Assembly: GCA_963847265.1 (NCBI GenBank)
Contig: CAWJZE010000001.1
Coordinates: 1,545,056 to 1,569,055 of the forward strand
DNA: 24,000 nucleotides
Reading direction: 5' to 3'
Origin: an uncultured beta proteobacterium
Lineage (GTDB): Bacteria; Pseudomonadota; Gammaproteobacteria; Burkholderiales; Burkholderiaceae_C
The translations under genes and the position numbers were made by a program. This document shows, piece after piece, positions 18,538 through 24,000 of the stretch; positions within the stretch are counted from its first letter, which is position 1; each line of letters opens with the position of its first letter. The notes beneath the pieces were generated by a model. That model saw only the letters and a list, made by a program, of their open reading frames with translations. It was not told the origin of the DNA and searched no databases.

Positions 18538-19851
18538 TCAGCGCGGCCGCGTATCGACCACGCGACGCGCCTTGCCGGTCTGCGTGCGCTCGATGGCATC
18601 CGGGTCGAACACGCGCACCTGCGTCGAGATGCCGACCAGCGTCTTGATGCGGTGCTGCAGCCAGGCGGCGATCTCGGCGCGCTCGGCTTCGGCGGCACCG
18701 GTGGCCGGGCGCAGCTCGCAGTGCACCTCGACCTGATCGAGCGCGCCCTCGCGCCGCACGTGCACCTGGTAGAGCCCCGACAGCCTGGGGTGCGCCAGCA
18801 CGATCTCCTCGATCTGCGTCGGGAACACGTTGACGCCGCGGATGATCATCATGTCGTCGCTGCGCCCGACGATCTTGCCCATGCGCCGGAACGCGCGCGA
18901 GGTCGGCGGCAAGAGGCGCGTCAGGTCGCGCGTGCGGTAGCGCACGACGGGCATCGCCTCCTTGGTGAGCGAGGTGAAGACCAGCTCGCCCTCCTGGCCG
19001 TCGGGCAGCACCTCGCCGGTGTCGGGGTCGATGATCTCGGGGTAGAAGTGGTCCTCCCAGATCACCGGGCCGTCCTTGCTCTCGACGCACTCGCTCGCCA
19101 CGCCCGGGCCCATGACCTCCGACAGGCCGTAGATGTCCACCGCGTCGATGCCGGCCCGGGCCTCGATGTCGCGGCGCATGGCCTCGGTCCACGGCTCGGC
19201 GCCGAAGATGCCGACTTTCAGCGAGCTCTCGCGCGCGTCGAGCCCCTGGCGCGCGAACTCCTCGCAGATCACCTGCATGTAGCTGGGCGTCACCATGATG
19301 ATGTCGGGCTGGAAGTCCCGGATCAGCTGCACCTGCTTCTCGGTCTGGCCGCCCGACATGGGCACCACCGTGCAGCCGGCGCGCTCGGCGCCGTAGTGCG
19401 CGCCCAGGCCGCCGGTGAACAGGCCGTAGCCGTAGGCCACGTGCACCATGTCGCCGGGCCGCCCGCCCGCCGCGCGGATCGAGCGCGCCACCAGCGCGGC
19501 CCAGGTGTCGATGTCGTTTTTCGTGTAGCCCACCACGGTCGGTTTGCCGGTGGTGCCCGAGGAGGCGTGGATGCGCGCCAGCTGCGCGCGCGGCACCGCC
19601 AACAGGCCGAACGGGTAGTTGTCGCGCAGGTCGCTCTTGACGGTGAACGGGAACCTGGCCAGGTCGGACAGCTGCTTCAGGTCGCCCGGCTGGACGCCCC
19701 TGGCGTCGAACGCCCGGCGGTAGTGCGGCACGTGGTCGTAGGCGCGCTGCAGCGTCGCGCGCAGGCGCTGCAGCTGCAGCGCGGCGATCTCGTCGCGGCT
19801 GGCGGTTTCGATCGGCTCCAGGTCGCCGGGGGCGGGATGCTTGACGGGCAT
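18538..19851 (-). CDS. paaK: Phenylacetate-CoA ligase
   Basis: MPVKHPAPGDLEPIETASRDEIAALQLQRLRATLQRAYDHVPHYRRAFD…IHASSGTTGKPTVVGYT…VTPSYMQVICEE…IYGLSEVMGPGVA…GRSDDMMIIRGVNVFP. At 437 aa it is the same length as E. coli PaaK. The listed ORF to 19941 is an upstream extension. Confidence 0.9.
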   Translation of the reverse strand: MPVKHPAPGDLEPIETASRDEIAALQLQRLRATLQRAYDHVPHYRRAFDARGVQPGDLKQLSDLARFPFTVKSDLRDNYPFGLLAVPRAQLARIHASSGTTGKPTVVGYTKNDIDTWAALVARSIRAAGGRPGDMVHVAYGYGLFTGGLGAHYGAERAGCTVVPMSGGQTEKQVQLIRDFQPDIIMVTPSYMQVICEEFARQGLDARESSLKVGIFGAEPWTEAMRRDIEARAGIDAVDIYGLSEVMGPGVASECVESKDGPVIWEDHFYPEIIDPDTGEVLPDGQEGELVFTSLTKEAMPVVRYRTRDLTRLLPPTSRAFRRMGKIVGRSDDMMIIRGVNVFPTQIEEIVLAHPRLSGLYQVHVRREGALDQVEVHCELRPATGAAEAERAEIAAWLQHRIKTLVGISTQVRVFDPDAIERTQTGKARRVVDTRPR

Positions 19852-19879
19852 GGGATTCCTGTGGCGGAGGGCGGCGCGC

Positions 19880-20341
19880 TCAGGTCGGGGCCACGACCGG
19901 CTTGCCCCTGAGGGTGTGGGAGCGGCCGCGGAACACGGCAATGCGTGCGCCGCGCTGGTTGGTCACTTCGGTGTCGTAGACGCCCGTGCGCCCGGTCTTC
20001 GACACCTCGGCGCAGCGCGCGGTGAGCAGGTCGCCCAGGTGCGCCGGCGCGATGAAGTCGATGGCGAAGGCCGAGGCGACCGTCACCTCGTTGTACGAGT
20101 TGCAGGCGAAGGCGAAGGCCGAGTCGGCCAGCGCGGCGATGAAGCCGCCGTGGCAGGTCTCGTGGCCGTTGAGCATGTCCTCGCGCACCGGCATGGTGAT
20201 GGTGGCGCTGCCGGGCGCGATGGCGACCAGGCGCATGCCCAGGGCCTGGGTGGCGCGATCGTTGCGCCACATGCCCTCGCCGACCAGGTCGGCGGTGTGC
20301 TGCGGCGACAGCTCGGTGGCGGGCGCGTGAGATCCGGACAT
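19880..20341 (-). CDS. paaI: Hotdog-fold acyl-CoA thioesterase PaaI
   Basis: …MPVREDMLNGHETCHGGFIAALADSAFAFACNS… is the PaaI signature. The ATG at 20341 lies 5 nt after a GGAGG that immediately follows the paaG stop (TGAGGAGGccgtgATG). Confidence 0.85.
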   Translation of the reverse strand: MSGSHAPATELSPQHTADLVGEGMWRNDRATQALGMRLVAIAPGSATITMPVREDMLNGHETCHGGFIAALADSAFAFACNSYNEVTVASAFAIDFIAPAHLGDLLTARCAEVSKTGRTGVYDTEVTNQRGARIAVFRGRSHTLRGKPVVAPT

Positions 20342-20351
20342 CACGGCCTCC

Positions 20352-21134
20352 TCAGCGGTCGCTGAAGCGCGGGGCGCGCTTGTGGCGGAAGGCGTCCACG
20401 CCTTCGAGGTAGTCGTGCGCGCCGCCCAGGCGGGTCTGCAGGCGCGCCTCGTGCGCCAGCGCCGCGTCCAGGTCCATGCCCTGGGCGGCGGCCAGCGCCT
20501 GCCGCGTCGCGACCAGCGCCTGCGTCGGCATGGCGGCCAGGCGGGTGGCGAGCGCCGCCGCCGTGGGTTCGAGCGCCGCGTCGTCCACGCACTGCCAGAT
20601 CAGGCCGATCTGCGCCGCCTCGGCCGCCGGCAGCTTCTCGCCCAGCAGGGCCAGGCCCAGCGCGCGGGCGTGGCCGACCAGCCGCGGCAGCAGCCAGGTG
20701 CCGCCGGTGTCGGGCACCAGCCCGATCTTCGAGAAAGCCTGGATGAAGCTGGCCGAGCGCGCCGCCACCACCAGGTCACAGCACAGCGCCAGGTTGGCGC
20801 CGGCGCCGGCCGCCACGCCGTTGACGGCCGCGACCACCGGCACCGGCATCGAGCGCACGCGCTCGACCAGTGGGCGGTAGTGCGCCTCGATCAGCGCCCC
20901 CAGGTCCTGCCCGGGCGCCGCGGCCGGGTCCGACAGATCCTGCCCGGCGCAGAAGGCGCGGCCGGCGCCGGTCAGCACCACGCAGCGCACCGCCTCGTCG
21001 CCCGCCGCACGGTCGAGCGCGGCGAGCAGTTCCGCGTGCATCGCCGTGGTGAAGCTGTTCATGGCGGCCGGCCGGTTCAGCGTGAGCGTGGTCACGCCGC
21101 CGGAGTGGCTCGCCAGGATCAGGGGGTCGGACAT
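20352..21134 (-). CDS. paaG: 1,2-epoxyphenylacetyl-CoA isomerase (crotonase family)
   Basis: MSDPLILASHSGGVTTLTLNRPAAMNSFTTAMHAELLAALDRAAGDEAVRCVVLTGAGRAFCAGQDLSD…VAAVNGVAAGAGANLALCCDLVVAARSASFIQAFSKIGLVPDTGGTWLLPRLVG is collinear with E. coli PaaG. It is the first gene of the minus-strand cluster. Confidence 0.85.
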   Translation of the reverse strand: MSDPLILASHSGGVTTLTLNRPAAMNSFTTAMHAELLAALDRAAGDEAVRCVVLTGAGRAFCAGQDLSDPAAAPGQDLGALIEAHYRPLVERVRSMPVPVVAAVNGVAAGAGANLALCCDLVVAARSASFIQAFSKIGLVPDTGGTWLLPRLVGHARALGLALLGEKLPAAEAAQIGLIWQCVDDAALEPTAAALATRLAAMPTQALVATRQALAAAQGMDLDAALAHEARLQTRLGGAHDYLEGVDAFRHKRAPRFSDR

Positions 21135-21199
21135 CGGAGGGGCCCTCGCTGCGGAAATTATGGACTTCGTGCGCTCGAAAGGAAGGCCATGAAGCATTG

Positions 21200-21213
21200 A
21201 CCGACCGGACGGT
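21200..21213. promoter_or_regulatory. Candidate TetR-type PaaR operator, ACCGACCGGACGGT
   Basis: An imperfect palindrome of form ACCG-N2-CG-N2-CGGT, with 12 of 14 positions self-complementary. It lies in the paaG/paaR divergent region, 2 nt downstream (operon sense) of the candidate -10 box. The core resembles the PaaR operator pattern I recall from Corynebacterium (from memory, unverified). Confidence 0.4.
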
Positions 21214-21215
21214 AG

Positions 21216-21245
21216 ATTTTAGGATGACGCAGATCGGGCTCGCAA
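21216..21245 (-). promoter_or_regulatory. Candidate sigma-70 promoter of the paa cluster
   Basis: Read on the minus strand: TTGCGA (21245..21240), an 18-nt spacer, then TAAAAT (21221..21216), about 80 nt upstream of the paaG ATG. Pattern match only. Confidence 0.3.
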
Positions 21246-21445
21246 GCGTTCTTGATCTAGGGCAAACCCTTGGCTGGCCGGCCTTGATGCGCCGCAAGAA
21301 AGAAGGCGCCGGGAAAAGCGGCCGCTGCGTTCGCGGGCGGTGGCCGTTGCCGCGACGCGGGCGCCTCCTGCCGGGCGGAGCGCCCGCTGAGGCAAGATGC
21401 CTGCCTTGGCACACCGCCACAGAGAAAGAAAGAAGCGATTCCTTT

Positions 21446-22081
21446 ATGGCGCGCGGAAGATCGGCCACCTACGACGACCAGCGCGAGCTGATCCTGCAGC
21501 ATGCGGCGCAGCTGTTCGCGCGGCGCGGCTATCCGGCCACCTCGATGAACCAGGTGGCCGAGGCCTGCGGCCTGTCGAAGGCCACGCTCTACCACTACTA
21601 CCGCGACAAGTACGACCTGCTGCTCAGCATCGCCGACGAGCACGTCTCGCGCCTGGCCGCGCTGGTCGCCGACGAGGACACGCCGCCCCTGCGCGGCGAG
21701 GCGCGGCTGCGCCAGCTCATCGGGCGCATCGTCATGGAGTACGCCCACGCGCAGGACGCGCACCGCGTGCTGACCGAGGACGTGCGCTTTCTGGAGGATG
21801 TCGACCGCGAGCGCGTGCTCGACAAGGAGCGCGCCGTGGTCGCCGGCTTCGCGCGCGCCGTGGCCGAGATGCGCCCCGGCGCGCCGGTCGCGCAGCTTGC
21901 CAAGCCGCTCACCATGCTGCTGTTCGGCATGGTCAACTGGATGTTCACCTGGATGCGCCCCGACGGCGAGCTCGACCACGCCGCGCTGGCGCCGATCGTG
22001 GCCGACCTGTTCATCGGGGGCGCCGGGGCGGTGCGGCTGCCGCGCGAGGCCGAGCCGGCCGGGTTGCCGCCTGTGGCCTGA
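21446..22081 (+). CDS. paaR: TetR/AcrR-family transcriptional regulator, likely the phenylacetyl-CoA-responsive repressor PaaR
   Basis: MARGRSATYDDQRELILQHAAQLFARRGYPATSMNQVAEACGLSKATLYHYYRDKYDLL is an N-terminal TetR HTH. The gene is divergent from paaG. No GntR-type paaX is present in the window. The listed ORF from 21197 is an unlikely N-terminal extension. Confidence 0.8.
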   Translation: MARGRSATYDDQRELILQHAAQLFARRGYPATSMNQVAEACGLSKATLYHYYRDKYDLLLSIADEHVSRLAALVADEDTPPLRGEARLRQLIGRIVMEYAHAQDAHRVLTEDVRFLEDVDRERVLDKERAVVAGFARAVAEMRPGAPVAQLAKPLTMLLFGMVNWMFTWMRPDGELDHAALAPIVADLFIGGAGAVRLPREAEPAGLPPVA

Positions 22082-22100
22082 TCCGGCCGTCGCCGAATTC

Positions 22101-22161
22101 AAGCCAAAAAGGCCATCTGCGTAGGCTGTATATACCTCATCTGCTATGAATTCGATAGCGA
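22101..22161. repeat. Intergenic repeat, copy 2 of 2, ending in the hairpin GCTAT-N7-ATAGC
   Basis: aagccaaaaaggccatctgcgtaggctgtatatacctcatctgctatgaattcgatagcga. It lies in the 110-bp convergent gap between paaR and comM. See 2530..2589. Confidence 0.35.
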
Positions 22162-22191
22162 TGTAACAGCCGGCGGCTCTGTAAAGTCGCC

Positions 22192-23751
22192 TCAGCCCGC
22201 CTCCCGCAGCACCCGCCGGTACTGCACCGCCTCCGCCACGTGCGCCACCTGCACCCCGGCCGCGCCGGCCAGGTCGGCGATGGTGCGCGCCACCTTGAGT
22301 GCGCGGTGCGTGCCGCGCGCGCTCCAGCCCAGGCGGGCGGCGGCGGTGTGCAGGAAGCGCAGCGCGGCGTCGTCGAGCGCGGCGTGGCGGTCGATCTCGG
22401 CGCCGTGCAGCGCCTGGTTGGGCTTGCCCTGGCGCGCGACGGCCCGCTCGCGTGCGGCCTCGGCACGCGCGCGGACGGCGGCGCTCGGCTCGCCGGCGCC
22501 CGCGGCGAGCAGCGCCTCGGCCGGCACCGCGGGCACCTCGACGTGCAGGTCGATGCGGTCGAGCAGCGGCCCGCTCAGCCGGCCCTGGTAGCGCGCCACC
22601 TGGTCGGGCGTGCAGCGGCAGGGCTTGCGCGTCGAGCCGAGCCAGCCGCAGGGGCAGGGGTTCATCGCCGCGACCAGCTGGAAGCGCGCCGGGAACTCGG
22701 CGCGCCGCGCCGCGCGCGAGACGGTGATGGTGCCGCTCTCCAGGGGTTCGCGCAGCGCCTCCAGCGCGGCGCGCGGGAACTCGGGCAGCTCGTCGAGGAA
22801 CAGCACGCCGTGGTGCGCCAGCGAGATCTCGCCCGGCCGCGGCGGCGAGCCGCCGCCCACCAGCGCGACGGCGCTGGCCGAGTGGTGCGGCTGGCCGGTC
22901 GGGCGCAGCCGCCAGCGCTCGACGGCGAAGCGCCCGCCCAGGCTGGAGACGGCCGCGCTCTCCAGCGCCTCGTCCACCGTCATGGGCGGCAGCAGCCCGG
23001 CGAAGCGCTGCGCCAGCATCGACTTGCCCGAGCCCGGCGGGCCGACCATCAGGAGGCTGTGGCCGCCGGCGGCGGCGATCTCCAGCGCGCGCCTGGCGCC
23101 GACCTGGCCCTTCACGTCGGCCAGGTCGGCGTAGCGCGCGGCGTGCGCCGCCTGCGCGGCCGGCAGCACGCGCGCCCAACCATCGTCGTTGCCCGCTTCG
23201 GCAGCCGCCGCGTCCGGCCCGGCGGCCGCGCCGGCCGGCAGGAACTGCCGCACCACGTCGAGCAGATGGCGCGCGCCGTAGACCTCGGCGCCGGGCACCA
23301 GCGCGGCTTCCTGCGCGCTGTCGGCCGGCAGCACCAGCCGGGTGGCCACGCCGCGCTGGTGCAGCGCCAGCGCCATGGCGAGCGCGCCGCGCACCGGGCG
23401 CAACTGGCCCGAGAGCGACAGCTCGCCCGCGAATTCGTGGCCGGCCAGGCGTGCCGCGTCGATCTGCCCGCTGGCCGCCAGGATGCCCAATGCGATCGGC
23501 AGGTCGAAGCGCCCCGAGTCCTTCGGCAGGTCGGCCGGCGCCAGGTTGACCGTGATGCGCTTGTTGCTCGGGAATTCGAGCCCGGCGTTCTGCAGCGCCG
23601 AGCGCACCCGCTCGCGCGCCTCCTTGACCTCGACGTCGGCCAGCCCGACCAGCGTGAAGCTCGGCAGTCCGTTGGCCAAGTGCACCTCGACGGTGACGCT
23701 GGCCGCCTCCAGGCCGAGCAGGGCGCGGCTTTGCACCAAAGACAAGCTCAT
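22192..23751 (-). CDS. comM: YifB/ComM family Mg-chelatase-like AAA+ ATPase
   Basis: MSLSLVQSRALLGLEAASVTVEVHLANGLPSFTLVGLADVEVKEARERVRSALQNAGLEFPSNKRITVNLAPADLPKDSGRFDLPIALGILAASGQI closely matches the E. coli YifB N-terminus. Walker A is VGPPGSGKSML. The start at 23751 is preceded by ggaggagaggtttcgATG. The listed ORF to 23958 is an extension. Confidence 0.9.
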   Translation of the reverse strand: MSLSLVQSRALLGLEAASVTVEVHLANGLPSFTLVGLADVEVKEARERVRSALQNAGLEFPSNKRITVNLAPADLPKDSGRFDLPIALGILAASGQIDAARLAGHEFAGELSLSGQLRPVRGALAMALALHQRGVATRLVLPADSAQEAALVPGAEVYGARHLLDVVRQFLPAGAAAGPDAAAAEAGNDDGWARVLPAAQAAHAARYADLADVKGQVGARRALEIAAAGGHSLLMVGPPGSGKSMLAQRFAGLLPPMTVDEALESAAVSSLGGRFAVERWRLRPTGQPHHSASAVALVGGGSPPRPGEISLAHHGVLFLDELPEFPRAALEALREPLESGTITVSRAARRAEFPARFQLVAAMNPCPCGWLGSTRKPCRCTPDQVARYQGRLSGPLLDRIDLHVEVPAVPAEALLAAGAGEPSAAVRARAEAARERAVARQGKPNQALHGAEIDRHAALDDAALRFLHTAAARLGWSARGTHRALKVARTIADLAGAAGVQVAHVAEAVQYRRVLREAG

Positions 23752-23925
23752 CGAAACCTCTCCTCCCCACAGTGGTGCGCGATTGTGGGGCCGGCAGCCG
23801 GCGGGCGGGAGGGGCCGTTCGTCCGTTCGTGCGCCGCCGTGCACCTGGAGCGCGACGGCGCCCGCACTGGGCTGAGAGTCGCCCATTGCCGTCCTTCGAC
23901 TGCCGGGGTGCCCGCCCGCACACGC

Positions 23926-23941
23926 TGGCACGTTCCCTGCT
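23926..23941 (+). promoter_or_regulatory. Candidate sigma-54 (-24/-12) promoter TGGCACGTTCCCTGCT
   Basis: Fits the consensus TGGCAC-N5-TTGCW with correct GG-to-GC spacing (G23927 to G23939, 12 nt) and one mismatch in the -12 box (CTGCT). It sits about 35 nt upstream of an ATG at 23976, which has GGAG 7 nt before it. Confidence 0.4.
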
Positions 23942-23975
23942 TTGGATGCTTCATCCATCCCGTCCGGAGTCTTTG

Positions 23976-24000
23976 ATGAAGCACCGCAACACCGCCCTGG
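23976..24000 (+). CDS. Start of an unidentified gene (MKHRNTAL…), truncated by the window end
   Basis: An ATG preceded by ccggagtctttgATG and by the sigma-54-like promoter. Only 8 codons are visible, so the product cannot be called. Confidence 0.25.

Noticed and set aside
15793-19911. 1372-aa plus-strand ORF, the longest in the track
   Set aside because: It lies exactly antisense to pac and paaK, both of which have strong homology. Its translation is low-complexity Arg/Ala/Gly/Pro/Val-rich with no recognisable motifs. This is a typical high-GC shadow frame.
21197-21445. 83-aa N-terminal extension of the TetR regulator ORF (start at 21197)
   Set aside because: The TetR HTH begins about 10 residues after the Met at 21446, as is normal for the family. 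The extension would run across the divergent promoter/operator region, and its composition is unlike the rest of the protein.
21257-23923. 888-aa minus-strand ORF spanning paaR and comM
   Set aside because: It is an alternative frame over comM and antisense to paaR. The sequence is extremely Arg/Ala/Gly/Pro-rich, and the real genes in these positions are well supported.

Overview
High-GC proteobacterial chromosomal segment. Gene content and repeat style suggest a Burkholderiales/Comamonadaceae-type betaproteobacterium, but that is inference only. No rRNA, tRNA, CRISPR, transposase or integrase was recognised.

The window is dominated by one unidirectional minus-strand cluster of about 16.7 kb and 14 genes for phenylacetate (paa) catabolism, running from 21134 down to 4433. 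Gene order is paaG-paaI-paaK-pac-paaA-paaB-paaC-paaD-paaE-[SBP-livH-livM::livG-livF]-paaZ. It is paired divergently with a TetR-family regulator (putative paaR, 21446..22081).

The cluster is atypical in three ways:
- A full-length penicillin G acylase homologue with a lipoprotein signal sits between paaK and paaA.
- A complete Liv-type ABC importer, with a fused permease-ATPase, sits between paaE and paaZ.
- Three copies of a roughly 90-nt, three-hairpin repeat each begin at or within a few nt of the stop codon of a transporter gene.

Flanking features:
- Left edge: a 5'-truncated molybdopterin oxidoreductase large subunit reads with no stop codon into a membrane-anchored tri-haem cytochrome c (3..2519).
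- A 575-bp intergenic region holds a doubtful small ORF.
- A family-VIII esterase/beta-lactamase-fold serine hydrolase (3095..4315) converges on paaZ.
- Right edge: comM/yifB (22192..23751), then a good sigma-54 -24/-12 promoter candidate in front of a gene that only begins in the window.

Most long ORFs in the six-frame track that lie antisense to these genes are high-GC shadow frames. The lower-pathway genes paaF/paaH/paaJ are not in the window.
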